Source of the DNA: the human T2T-CHM13v2.0 reference genome, Homo sapiens
NCBI RefSeq assembly: GCF_009914755.1
Contig: NC_060937.1
DNA length: 64,000 nt
Reading direction: 5' to 3' (one strand)
In this document: piece by piece, positions 28,505-42,909 of the stretch
How the letters are laid out: every line of letters begins with the position of its first letter
Numbering within the stretch: position 1 is the stretch's first letter
Translations under genes and position numbers: made by a program
Notes under the pieces: model-generated
Databases searched by the model: none
Told to the model about the DNA's origin: nothing
Seen by the model: only the letters and a program-made list of their open reading frames with translations

Positions 28505-28680
28505 ACAGGTATTATGAGTCTGCTCTAATGGCTTTACATGTTAACTCATGTAATCCTCAAAACAGACCTTTGAGTTAGACACTGTCATTAGCCTCATTTT
28601 ACAGAAGAGGTAACTGAGGCACAGAGAGATCGCTTGCCTCAAGCCACCAGAGGCAAGTAATAAAGAACTGTTTTCCTAGA
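28505..28680 (-). mobile_element. MIR SINE
   Basis: ctcatgtaatcctcaaaac...cattttacagaagaggtaactgaggcacagagag. Confidence 0.75.
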
Positions 28681-29364
28681 AAACCAGCCTTTAATGATGC
28701 ACCATTTCATAAGCTTTATCTGAGAAGTGTCATGGGACTAAAACAACTCTGAATATAAAGATGGATTATGGAGAAGATCAATAGGCATTTGCTCTTTTTG
28801 TAGGGAGGGCCATAGTTGTGATTTCCACCCACAATCAAGCATGACAATAACAAAGGAAGGAGACAAAAGCCCACGGCCGGCCTCAATGTCATGGTGCCAT
28901 TGAGACAAGGTAGGAGAATGTCATCTGATCTTTTCAGAAAATATAAAGGATAATTATCAACGCACGCTTCTTTGAAGTAAATCTTCATTCTAATAGGGAA
29001 TAAGAAAGTGAAATGAAGAAGGGAATCCTCATTGCATTCAGCAATCACTGTGAGAAAGACGGGAGTGATGGGACCTACTCTGATATTTCTTATCAAATAT
29101 CTGTTACTAGTTGCTGTCCTAATCATTTTCCCAATGTTCTGAACTACTGGGGGTGCATTATATGACCTAGGGCTGGCCTTGAGGTGTCACCTCTACCATA
29201 CCCTCATAATTTTATGACATCTCTGGTATTACCCAACAATGTCCAACATAGGTTGTGTGCCAGAGTTCTCTGCTTCGTGACTTAGTTACATACAATTCAA
29301 ATATGTGTCAAATATTTGTATTTCCATGCTGGTTGGATCACCACTGTGCTAAATAACAAGGTGG

Positions 29365-29495
29365 CTTAGCCTGGTGGGCAGAGCCCTCTCTAGCAGGTGT
29401 GAGCCTTGGTTTCAATCCTTCCCCTAGTTAGTTGTGTAGACTCGGGCAAGGGGCTTAATATCTCTGAATCTCCGTTCCCCTTTTGCAAGATGAAG
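29365..29495 (+). mobile_element. MIR SINE fragment
   Basis: tagttgtgtagactcgggcaaggggcttaatatctctgaatctccgtt. Confidence 0.55.
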
Positions 29496-31444
29496 GCATT
29501 TTTTTATGTCTAAAAATGTACCCCACACATGACCCAGCAAAAATTATGTATTCTTAATTGCCTTACACACATACTGAAACTAAAAATAGAAATAATAAAC
29601 ATACCTTACACCAGGGATTAATGGGTGGTGATAAGTGAAGTGATTGTTTTGGTAACATAAAATGACTTGATCAGGGTTGCCTTGCTATGTTATATAATAT
29701 CATAACATAGATTTACCTTTTTCTGCTATTAATTCAAAATTAGCAGCTAAATGTATTTCCAGGATCCTTTATGCACAGAGAAGTTCCTGGCATGAATTGG
29801 GGCTTAACTATATTGTAAACTATGTTAAAAAGAATCTACTTTTTAAAAAACTGGGCCACTGACTCATCTTTGTATTATAGTCATAAAAAGAAAAATTTAA
29901 ACTCCTCAAGGGAAAGAGACAAAGCAAGAGAACCCAATTACCAGCTGAAGCTGTACAAATATCAGCTCACACACCCAGCTTCAGCACAATAGGTATTGTA
30001 ATGATTGCCTTTCTTCACGAAAGCCCTGTGTTTCTATCCCCTGGTTTGCTATCTTCTCCTAAGGTTGCCATCTCATTTGAGCTGTGAAGAAATGACGCAT
30101 GGGTCTCCTTTCCTCAACTCCACCTCTAGAATTCAGTACAAACATTCAACCATTCCTTTTCAGTCTTCTCAACAGTTTTCTTGCCTTAATGAATGTTTTT
30201 ATGAGAAGAAAGGAAGGGAAGGAGTGAGAATGAAGTATGTGAATAGACTGGAGAAAATCTTAAAAGAGATTTTCTCTTTTAAGAGAAGAAAAGAGAAAAG
30301 AAATGTGATGGAGAGAGAGTAAAAGTGGAGAGAATGAGAAAATTAAGAGAGAAGAAGGGAGCTGGGAGGCAGAGTTTCATATTATCTTTCTTCGTTGTTG
30401 ATTTTCCCCATCTCTCCTTTTCCTCCTTTCATCCTCCCTCCTCCCCTCTTTCAGACTGTGCCCATCAGGACTCAACTGAACTAGAAAGGCTCCTTCCTTG
30501 TCTTTCTTCCCAGGTCCACTGTGAATGATGGATTAATCTAAGGTCTATGCATAATTGCTCTGTGCTGTGCAAAACACATTTTCTTGAAGGGAGCTTTACA
30601 CTTTATCTGTTTCAGCAATTAATGTGTGTATAATATGCCTTCATTCCTAATTATTTTGTCACCGTTTTGTTAAGTGCCCAGGATCTACATTTGAACTAAG
30701 ACACTTTAATTATCAAATTAACACAATTTCATGGTTGATATGTCCAATTTATCACCAGTGGACTTTCTATATTTTTATGCTTTTTTTTTATTAACTGGCT
30801 AATTTCTGGTCCTCTCCCCTAATGGTACAAAGAAACAATGCCCATATGAATACGTTCCATAAATATCCAGAAATTAAGGGTTGCTAAAGAGCGCCCATAC
30901 TGGCAACAAAGTCACTCCTTGTGTTTTTTGTTAAATTTTAGTCCATCAGTGACATTTATTTATTCAGAGGTTAGGAGCTTCAGTTCAGTTGGAAATATAA
31001 AATTTTCATAGCTTTTTCTACAACTAATTGCCTGAACTGAGTAGTCCCATGAACAAAAAGAAAAGAGCTTTGTGTTAATGAAAATGGGTATCTAAGCCTC
31101 TAGCTGACATTAAATTATGAAAAGAAGAAATACAAGAATTTACTTATTTTTTCAGTTGTCAAACAGAAATGGTAGGAGCAAAGGGGCAATGACTGAATAC
31201 AAAAGAAAGTAATTAGAAGAGCCGGGATAATTTCTGAAGTTCTCTATTGAGCTTCTTTATTGTACAATACCTAGCACAGTTTCTATTATGTGTTAGGGGC
31301 CCACACATATTTGCAATTTTCCTTCTGCCTCTGATCAGCAGACTCAGAGGAAAAGCGACTATACTGGTTCTCAAGTTTAGACATTTATCTTGATGATGCC
31401 AAGTGGCTGAGTTCATCTGCCTATGCTGCCATCTTGATAAACAT

Positions 31445-31780
31445 CATTTTTTAAAACAGCTTTATTGAGATATAATTTGCACACCATAAAATTCTTTTAA
31501 GTGTATAATTCAATGAACTGTAGTAAATTCACAGTTATGCAAACATCACCATAATCCAGATTTAGAACATTTTCATCCGTCCAAAAGGAACTGCTCTATT
31601 CATTTCCAGTCAATCCCGTTGCCATCCTCTGGCCCCAGCCCATAGTAATGTGCTTTCTTCTCTATATGTTCATTCTTATAGACATTTCATGTAAGTGACA
31701 TCATATAATATGTGGCCTTTGGGGTGAGACTTCCATTACTTAGCATAGTGGTTTTGAGATTCATCCATGTTGCAGCAAGA
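31445..31780 (-). mobile_element. old L1M (L1MB/ME-like) 3' end
   Basis: aacagctttattgagatataattt...ttttagaacattttcatc...gagattcatccatgttgcagca. Confidence 0.8.
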
Positions 31781-32865
31781 TCCTGTTATTAACCTCAGCT
31801 TTACTGTTGCGGCTGCTCCTCCAAGAGGTTTTGGTTCAAATTGTTGGGTCTCCTGGAGTCAGTTTTTAGTTGGCTACACTGGGTGATGCATTTTTTGAAT
31901 TACAAAGATGAACGATACCAAATTATGGAAAGGTGAAAAGATAATTTTTTAGATAATCAAGAGAATATTATCCAGAAGTCGTTGAGTGAGAGGCAAGGAA
32001 AAGTACAATTGGAAGAATGGGTTGTTATGTGTATCGATACGATATTTACAAGGAAGAAATGGCAGCATTCAATGACAGAGTATTTGTTAAAGAAACCTAC
32101 TCTGAATGAAGGCAGAAGGCAATGCCTGTGAAAAGTACTTGGGTTGAAATATTTACATATTTCAATGTGAAAAAAATCAGAAGTGGAAATATCTCACTTG
32201 GAGAGTGAAGAGTTAAGAGGCATCAAATAAGATTAAGTAAGGAACAAAATTAATGTGATGATATTGAGCGTTCATTATTTTAGATACTAGATACTTTAAA
32301 TATACAAAAATAAATACTTTTTCCTGCAGTATTAAAATATATAAATGTCTATATTAGACCCTGCTTTCTCACTGAATACATTTCATTAAAATCTAGAGTG
32401 AATACAGAAGTAATTTGCATGACAGGGAAAAAACCCTGCAAGGATGTGTAACACTGTATTTTTTGAAGAAGGCATTGTTTTCAACATAGCATTATTTTTA
32501 ATTTTTAAAATAAAATTACCTACAATTTTTCAAAATTTTATTTTGTTGCTACTAAATTTAAAATTGGTTCTTTTTGCAGACCACGAGTTTTAAAAATAAA
32601 CTATTGAGAGGTTTTGACCGCTGAAAATCATAGCATGCCCTAGTATTTTTACAGATTCAAAATTGTTTCTGGGAAGAAATACTGATAGGACTTAAGTACA
32701 AATTCATCTGCCATCTTGAGATGAATATACAAAATATTGATATCTTCCAGTCGAATCAGTTGGAGAAATAGCTAGGGCCTGGCTGAGCCATACTGGGGCC
32801 CAAGACAAAAGGAACAATGAACACCTTCATATACATGCTTTTATTATTTTTTTAAATAGACTTTA

Positions 32866-33018
32866 CTTATTTATTTTATTTTTATTTTTTTAAATTTTTT
32901 GTAGACATGGAATCTCAATATGTTCTCTAGGCTGGTTTTGAACTCCTTGCCTCAAGCGATCCTCCCACTTCGGCCTTCCAAAGTGCTAGAATTAAAGGCA
33001 TGAGCCACTGTGCCCAGC
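32866..33018 (-). mobile_element. Alu monomer (FLAM-like)
   Basis: single left-arm monomer with perfect TSD aatagacttta (32855-32865, 33019-33029). Confidence 0.85.
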
Positions 33019-33530
33019 AATAGACTTTATTGTTTTAAAATTTTAGCATTACAGAAAAATTAAAAATATAGTATAAAAAGTTCCCATATACTTCCCTATC
33101 CGGTTTTCTCTATCATTATCTGACATTAGTGTGGTATATATTTTTACAATTAATGAACCAATAGTAATACATTATTATTAAAAGTGCATAGCTTGTTCAG
33201 ATTGCCCTAGTTTTTACCTAATGTCCTTTTTCTGTTTCAGCATCTTATCTAGAATGCCCCAGTACATTTGGTGGTTATGTCCCCTGAGGCTCCTGTTTGC
33301 TATGACACTTGTTTTTGATGAACTTGATAGGTTTGAAGATGACTGATCAGGTATTTTGTGGGGTAGCTCTCTACTGGAATTTGTGTGGTATTTTGTTCAC
33401 AATTAGACTCCAGTTATGTGTTTTGGGGAGGAAGATCACAGAGGTAAAATGTCATTCTTATCACATCACATCAAGAGTATGTACCACCAACACGAACCGT
33501 CACTGCTGGTGTTAACTCTGATGACCTGGC

Positions 33531-34078
33531 TGTGATGGTTAATATCGAGTGTCAACTTGATTGGATTGAAGGATGCAAAATATTGTTCCTGGGTGTGTAT
33601 GTGAGGCTGTTGCTAAAGGAGATTAACATTTGAGTCAGTGGACTGGGAGAGGCCTACCCACCCTCAATCTGGATGGGCACCACCTAATTAGCTGCCAGTG
33701 AGGCTAGAAAAAAGCAGGCAGGAGAAGATGGAAGAGCAGACTTGCTGAGTCTTCCAGCCTTCATCTTTCTCTCTTGTTGGATGCTTCCTGCCCTTGAACA
33801 TCAGTCTCCAAATTCTTCAGCTTTTGGACTCTTGGACTTATACCAGTGGTTCTCAGGCCTTCAGCCACAGACTGAAGCCTGCACTGTCAGCTTCCCTACT
33901 TTTGAGGTTTTGGGACTCGGACTGAGCCACTACTGGCTTCCTTGCTCCTCAACTTGCAGACGGCCTGTCATGGGACTTCACCTTGTGATCGTGTGAGTCA
34001 ATTCTCCTTAATAGACTCCCTTTCATGTATACGTCTATCCTATTATCTCTGTCCCTCTGGAGAACCGCAACTGACATA
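33531..34078 (+). mobile_element. MLT2A (A1/A2) HERVL solo LTR
   Basis: TGTGATGGTTAATATCGAGTGTCAACTTGATTGGATTGAAGG start; 5-bp TSD ctggc (33526-33530, 34079-34083). Confidence 0.92.
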
Positions 34079-34707
34079 CTGGCTTCGGAGGTGTTTGTCA
34101 GTTACCTTCACCTCAAAGTTAGTTTTCCCCCTTTTCATACTATAATACTTTTCATACTGTGAATAGTGACTCTGTCATAGGAAGTCACTATTCACAGCCC
34201 ACACTTACCAAATGAGGAGTATGCTTTATCCTCTTGAGGGTAATCTACATAAACGATTTGAAATGCTGCTGAATGGGAGATTTGTCTCTTTTTATGTACT
34301 TACTCATGCTAGTAAAGGCCCATGGATGTTTGGATGGTCATTTTACCCTTGGAGTTACATTCCAATACCACTTTATATTGTTGCTTTAATTGTTCTAACT
34401 TTGGCCACTGAGAGCTACTTTAGTGGGCCTGTGTATCCCTTTGACATACCTTCATAAGTGTAGGATTTTATTTTAGTTTTTGTTTGGCACTTTATTATTT
34501 TCTGGCACTACCAGATGCTACAGCCTCATCATGTATGTTTCCTGTACCAGTCAGAGATTCAGCCAGTTCTCCAAGGAGCCCTGCTTCTTTTTATTAAAGA
34601 ATTATACCAGAAACCAAGGTCTGGGCATTAGGTGTTCTTGCTGATCCTGAGGTGTCATTTCTTTCACGTCCTCTTTGCTGACAGAGCAAAGGATTATATA
34701 TATATAT

Positions 34708-36290
34708 GACCACAATACTTTTAAATAATTAAATATAATTTTTCATAGGTGCTGAGATAGCTTGCAAGCTCAAAATAATTATTTTAAATGGATAATATTC
34801 TCATTTATGATTTGTTTTTATATTAAAATATTTACATATTTCAGACTAAATGTTTTAGGATATTTTTATTCAACAAACATTTTCACAAGATTGTTTTGAA
34901 TTTTTTTAAAGGAATTAAATTTAGATGGTACAGATCCATAGCCCTTCTCTGGTTCACTTTAATTTGTTACAAAATATAAAGTTAGTCAATTAAAAATAGG
35001 ACTCTAACAAATGACATTGTGCTAAGTTAATTTATTCTAAAATGCAATTATAGAATATCAAATTTAAATCTCAAACATCATTTAACTATATGAATTAATT
35101 TGTTTGGTTCATCCCTTGCTTTTTTCAGAACAAGTTACAATACCTTTCAATTCAAAAGTTTTGTTTTAAATAAGTGCAATTTGCTAGAAGCTTCATAAGT
35201 TTAACATTTTTTGGCACTTCATTCATTAAATAATTTCATTAAAGATTTTCACTGATTTTGAACAAGATGGTAAACCAAAATGTAAAAAATCATGTTACCA
35301 ATGCTCAATAACATTCTAGATATTTAATTGGGATTCTTCAAAGGCTGAAACATGATAAAACCTGATTCAGGATGACTAGCAAAGAGAGTGAACTACCACA
35401 CTAAAGATTTTTTATATCACATGTCAGCTTTGGGCAATAAATGTGTAGTTGAATTTTTCTAAGTATGCATATATCAAAATTTTTATAATCATCCTACAGT
35501 GATCCAATATTAAATTATTATTTGGATGCAATTATAAATTATGTGTACATTTCAACCAAGTCCTTCGGTTTATTAATTTAGTAAAAACATTGTTTTATCA
35601 TAATGTTGACTTGACCCAAATTTATATTATGTATTATCAATAGAAGCAAACAAACAAAACAACAGTACATATTAACTTATCTTTAATGTTGAACTCTTCA
35701 TTTGATTTTATAACAGCATTTGCAATCATGTTTTCCCTTTGGCAGAATTAACTTCTCAAAACCTTATTTTGATTTTGTGAACTGGATGAAAAAGTATAAC
35801 CGTTATCGGAATTAGCTTAGTTTTCCTTCAAAGAATCGGATGACACTGATATAAAACTGGCACTATTTAACATTTGACAAATTCTTCTGCCAATGCGTGA
35901 ACAGGGATTGCTTCACTTACTTTAGATCCATAAGAAAACCTGTAATATAAAAATGAGTGAAATTAATTTAAACAAGAGCCACAATCTATCTGGTACATCA
36001 TGCTTCCTTCACCGAGGGATAGTCCCTGGACCTCTTCTAACGCTGTTAAGTAATACTTGGGCCAAGTCTCAAAAATGACGATGACCTTGTGAAGGAGATG
36101 CTGATGCGTCCTTAGAAACTGTGTCTCTTCTGGTGTTCAGGGGATCAGTGACTTTCCCATGGGCCTGCTCCTCTGCCCTCTGAGGATGATCAACACTGAA
36201 AAAAATCTGACTCATGCAAGTTACATGTTTATCACCAACTGTCTTGGAAACCAAAAACCCAGTGCTTTTTTTGCATTAAAAATGCACTAT
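34708..36290 (-). mobile_element. decayed hAT-superfamily transposase coding region (Blackjack-like)
   Basis: manual minus-strand translation across frameshifts: LNSASFISVSSD, KLIPITVILFHPVHKIKIRF*EVNS, IANAVIKSNEEFNIKDKLIC, DNT*YKFG, NNVFTKL, GLG*NVHIIYNCIQ, LSLQAISAPM (DDE, CxxH and dimerisation-like motifs in hAT order). Confidence 0.7.
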
Positions 36291-36605
36291 CCGGGCACAG
36301 TGGCTCACGCCTGTAATCCCAGCACTTTGGGAGGCTGAGGCGGGTGTATTACTTGAGCCTAGGAGTTTGAGACAAGCGTGGGCAACATGGTGAAAACCCA
36401 TCTCTACAAAAAATACGAAAAACACCTGGGCATGGTGGCACACCCATGTAGTCAGTCCCAGCTACTCGGGAGGCTGAGGTGGGCGGATTGCTTGAGCCCA
36501 GGGAGGTTGAGGCTGCAGTGAACTGCGATCACACCACTGCACTCCAGCCTGGGTGACAGAGTGAGACCCAGTTTCAAAAACAAACAAACAGGAAAGAAAG
36601 AAAAG
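36291..36605 (+). mobile_element. AluJb-like SINE
   Basis: ccgggcacagtggctcacgcc...ggttgaggctgcagtga...gagaccc; mixed A-rich tail. Confidence 0.92.
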
Positions 36606-36808
36606 CTTAGAAAAACATACAAAGAGCAAAATGGAGAGAGAACAACATGTCTCACATGTAGAACTGAAAGAAGCTGCCCGGGTGAAGCACAATTTTCTAG
36701 AGAAACAGTGGTGAGAAAGGAAGCCGAGGAAAGTAAGCAGAAAGTGTCACTAAAACCCTCTTAAAAAGTTTGATCTTTTGCCGTTTTCTAAATAGGTCTT
36801 TTAATTAG

Positions 36809-37234
<426 letters not shown>

Positions 37235-39099
37235 TAAGCCATGAGCTCTAACCTTAAGGTCAGGTGAAATGATCCCCACACTTAAAATAACTACGTCGTG
37301 ATACAAACGGATATAAAGCAAACCATAAATTATTTTGCATAAAAAGTCAGGAAGTGAGATCACACGTGACTTAAGTTAGAGAGGAACAAGAGATGAGTGA
37401 CTGTCAGCATATTGAAAGATTGAGGAGAAAGGGAAGATGTATTTACGAGAATGATTTTTAAAACTTACATCCTAAAAAATTCCTTTAAAATAAAAGTTTT
37501 TTATTTGTTTCTAAGTGGCGATAAACAAGTGACCACAAGCTAACATATCACATATTTTAAGGTGTAGTATACAAATGGCAAAAAAGAGATGTGTTTAAAA
37601 TATCTCATCCCTCAAAGCACCCCCTAGGAGTGTCTTCGTGCATTCCCAAAATTTCTCAATTTCCAGATATTTGCAATGCAAGTGTTTCGGGAATAAATTA
37701 CTTCAAAGAAATATATGAAAGTACTAACGAGTAATTTACTTCATGGGAAATTATACATTTGAAACTCCAAATATGTTAGTATTCTGACATCATGTTTTCA
37801 GACTATATTTTACTGTAATTTTCTTTTTTTAATTTTAGTTTTTTTATTTTTTTCAATTTGCACATATTTGTTTACCAGTGGAAAGGGTTAACTACCATTG
37901 ATTTCTTTAAATAGCCTATAGTTGTTAGGTCATAGTAGAGCATTTTCTCAATAGAAATCCCTCAGGCTTGTTAATCACACTATTTGTGATACTCTGCACA
38001 CCGTACAGAGAAATAGCCTCCTTCCCAGTGCTGCTTCCATCTGCTCAGCAGGCATTTAAGCGAAGTGAAATGAAGGAGAAGACATTTTAGGCTTTCCTTA
38101 ATTAATTCCCTAATCTACTGCTGTTTGTGTTTTTAAAAAATCAATCACAGCCTAGCTTCTGAAAAAAAATTAGTTCTGTTGAAACTTCAGTGAATTTAAG
38201 AATTGAACCAACTACTGAAAGGATCTAAGACCGTCTTCATTCAAGGGTTATACATTTATTTAGCATCCTATCTTTATCTGCAAATCTCAGCTATTTTTGG
38301 TAGTATGTTGTTGAGGTCTATAGAGGCAGATACTTTTTACTTAGATTTTACAAGTAATTATTAACATACAAACATAGTATATAATCCAAACTTACAAATT
38401 ATATTGTGCTTTTTATACAAGCAGGATGATAACTAGATAGACAGACGGTTGAACAGTAAGGAGGAACATTGAACGGTCTATTCAGAAACTTGCAGTGAAG
38501 CTAAAGAAAAGAAATACATTTTCAGTTTTTAAACATGCTAAGTGATAAGTGAGAAAATTCTGAGACTGTTTTTTCCCATAATATAAAACATAGGTCAGAA
38601 TGAGTGAGTTTATCAGTCCCTGGCTGTGAGTGCTGTATTAGGCTTTAGGGAAGAAGGATAATAGATCTGGTCTTACTGATGGGCAAAGTTTTCAAGAATG
38701 GAGAAAACAACATTCCTTGTGTTTTGGGGACAGAAGGCAGAGATTTGAGTCAACCCAACGGAATAAAAAAAAATCCCTAGATAAGACCCAGGGACAGGAG
38801 CGTTACACATATTTGTGTTGGAGATAAGAATGGAAAAGTCATTTTGGTGCATTGTAGAGGGTAGGGAGTGTGAGCTAACTGCTAAGGCGACAGGAAGAAA
38901 GTCCTGTGTGAAGATTATCTTAGGTGCACATGCCTGGCAGGAGTATATAAGATGCACGGAAGTTCTGGAAAGGTTGATTTTTGACTATTTCTGTAGTTTA
39001 GGGCTTGAATAATGGTGATGACAGAGGAAGCTGAACAGAAAGTTTAACCGATAGAGATATAGTGGAATTAAAAAATGAAGATGACCTAGTGGTTGGATG

Positions 39100-39750
39100 T
39101 GGTTTGAATAAGCAGAGTGCTATCCTCTTATCTGAATGTATGGGCTATTTATGACGGTGTATGCTCTCAGTGCTAACACGTGGCATGACACAGAGTGGAA
39201 AATAAATATTTGTTGGATGAATGAATGAAAGGATGAAATTGATGATAACTCCAGAATGTTGACCTTAGGCATCTGAAAAGGATAATTCTATCACTTAGAG
39301 GAAAAGAGGCTATAGGGCATGAAGTTGTTTTGAGAGTAAATATAAGAAGTTAGATTTAAACATGCAAGTTGGAAGTGAAGGTATTCTATCCAAGAGAAGA
39401 TATTCAGCAGCCAATGTAACAAAACGAATTTGAAATGAATTGAATTGCATTGAAGAGGAAGGATCTGGTCATCTTTTGCCCAAAGACAATAGGGGAAGAC
39501 TTGAGACTGAATGGTATATTCGAGGAAGAGAGAATGGAAAGAGAAAATACAGATTCAAATTTAAATATGGTTGCCATTTAAGCTCATACTACACGCCAGT
39601 ATTTACACTCTCTCATGTAATCATCAGTATGATCCTTTGAGATGAACATTAAAACCTCACACATAGCGGAGGAGGAACCTGAGGTTGAGAAAGGTAACCT
39701 TGTTGAGAGTCACAGTTTGTGTACAGTACGGCCAAGGACAGCGCTCTGTC
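39100..39750. mobile_element. cluster of L2 and MIR fragments
   Basis: L2 tail aataaatatttgttggatgaatgaatgaa; reverse L2 ttagatttaaacatgcaag; MIR-like gaggaacctgaggttgagaaaggtaacc. Confidence 0.5.
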
Positions 39751-40840
39751 CTCGGGGCAAAGGAGCTTCCTATTGGAGGCCCAAGGAATAGATTATTGGA
39801 AACTGAACACAAGGAGTCAACAGTCAATCATCACTGAGTAGCTTGAAACGTAGTTTGCTTTGGCTGGTTTTGATTTCAAAACGAAATAAAAACCAGACCA
39901 TGCTCTTATACATGCTCTGATTGCTTGTTCCTTTCTTTGCTAATTTTCCTGTTCCAGTAAGGACTTTCTGCATATTTTTAGTTGCTCGTTTAGATATCTC
40001 ACATTTCAGTTAAACATGAACCATTAAAATGACTTATAAGGTTAAATGTAAATCTTTTTCCCAGTAAGAGACTTATTCATAATTTTTTCTTGAAAACAAT
40101 TAAGGGCCTATTCATGCTTTTAGATTTCTTTCTTCGGACATGCATTTTTATATCACTGTTAGCAAATGGTATCAGACACAATATACTCTCCTTTTCCAGC
40201 AATTCACAGAAGAAAAACAAATATGCACTGAATCACACTCAAAGTTATCCACACCTTGGCTAAGTCTTTTATTCATTACTATTATTTAACAATGAGATAA
40301 TGAGACAAATCCTAGTCTGACAGTATAGAAGTAGATACACTAAGACAGCAGCATAGGCCTATTAAGGTATTAAGTTCTCACATGCACAGAGCATCACTAG
40401 GAAGAATCTTTAATTACTGTGGATCAAGAGCAACCAAAAATGTGGAGGCTGAAATCAAGAAGGAGTGGTTTACAGAAGGCTTGACCAGTTCAGAAGTGAG
40501 AGGAATTAAGCTCAAATTAACTCTTTGCCTCAAAGATTGCACAATTAACTATTGAGTCTAGATGATTATTTTTCTATCATGTGGAATTAACACTACACAC
40601 CTGTAATAGTGCACTGCACTGAGATATCAGCTTAACTAAGATGGGGAAACCAAGGTTTACATAATAGGTTGATTTTTCAAAATAGTTACTTCATAATTTT
40701 TCCTACATTTCTCTCATTCCAGGATTATTAACATACTTACGGCAGAAATTCGTATTTTTCTCTTTGAGTCCCCAAATGCCTGTCACCGAACTTGACAGAT
40801 GGTAGGTGCCACAAGATATTTTTTGAATGAATGCATGAAT

Positions 40841-41265
40841 GTGTCATTAGATAAAATTTATAGGAGGCCATTGGTTTGGATGGAGCTCCTGCATTAGGCC
40901 CAACGGACCAAAGCGAAATGGAATTACTCATGCTGAAGTTCTTTACCACCAAGCTGAAATTAAGATCGTTATCTTACCTTCTGAGAAATCAGGAGAGGGT
41001 GAGACAATAGCCAAATTCCCCAACAGGCCAGTTTCAGCAGGCACGAGGAAGTCCCCTCTACTTCAAGCTTTACAAGAAAAGTAGCTTTGCAACTATCAAT
41101 CCCCTTTTTGTTTTCTGTTTCTGCTTTCCTCTATAGACAGCCCTTGTCTGTCTATAAAGCCAACCTCCTCTGCTCAGCTCATCAGAACACTCATTCTATT
41201 TTACAGAATGAGGTGTTGCCTGATTCTAGAATCACAAATAATATGCAATTATGATCTCTAAAACC
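40841..41265 (+). mobile_element. MER57-family ERV1 solo LTR
   Basis: aaatttataggaggccattggtttggatggagctcctgcattaggccc...aaagccaacctcctctgctcagctcat...attctagaatcacaaataa. Confidence 0.7.
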
Positions 41266-41729
41266 AAGATAAAAGCCCAAGAATGTGAAGCTAGATGACA
41301 TTAAAGTCTCTTTTACCTCCCACATTTCTTGAAGTTCATCTTTCACCCTAAGACAACGCTCACATGGTCTGTGGTCCTTTTGTCACCATCACCCTCACTC
41401 CACAAAAAAACAACACAAAAGCAATATAAAATATAAAATGTATTAAAGCACAGATAAAAAGAGTTTGAAATTTGACGGCATCACCCAGAATGATAATATA
41501 AATTAGTCAAAATAGCAAACATGGATATAATGGTGAAACAGTGGTTTACTCTGTAAACTAGCCTTGTACTGTTTGCGCGTAGTTGTAGCAGAGGGTGATT
41601 ATCAAAGTATTGTTTCTTAAACTATGACTGAGTCCCATAGTGGTTGAAGAAATCAATTCATGGGTTGGAGCAGTGTTTAGCAGTGAAGTGAAGTGAAGAG
41701 ATGAAAGGAGAAAATTCATGAAACTTTTA

Positions 41730-42297
<568 letters not shown>

Positions 42298-42909
42298 CTA
42301 AAGTAAATTATGCTTTTATAGTTAGGAAATTTAATTATTTTTCTAGGCCTTGATAAAAGGCACAAGAACTTTCTGCATTACCATTTCTGGCAGGCCATAT
42401 CTACGCTCTGACAAGATACCAGCGGACCAGTTCCGTGAAATCATTGACTTGGTGTGATATAGGCGTAGCCTCACCAGATAAAAGGCCCTGGCTTTTATAT
42501 GGCTTTTCTTTTTCTTTTAAACACTGTAAAACAACACTAGTTGTGGGGAAGGTCAGACTGATTCTGTTCTACAGCAGAAAAGCCTGTTAAAAAACACATT
42601 AAAAGAAACGCTTTTTATTATTTTCTCACCCGTTTGGCTCTCAGCTGACAGGCAAAGTCTTAGAGCATCTGCTAAGTGCTTCACAGAATAACTTAGAAGC
42701 AATTGTGAGCACTCATTGTTTGAATGTAAATTATGGCTAGAATGGCCTAACAAGAATTTCTTGACCTTTACTGCAAAAAATGCTCAATAATTACCCTTCA
42801 TTTTCTTAGAAAACCCATTTTCATATAGCTTGCTATTAAATACACTATGTCCAGGCTCCCCTTACGATTCTGTTACTTATGTTAATAGCATTTAGTCAGC
42901 TCCTGTTTA

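Larger units (their letters stand above)
32840..34700 (-). mobile_element. L1MC (MC4-like) 3' region, interrupted by FLAM and MLT2A
   Basis: aatagactttatt..., aggaagatcacagaggtaaaatgtcatt, ttctccaaggagccctg, gaaaccaaggtctggg motifs continue across both nested insertions. Confidence 0.75.
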
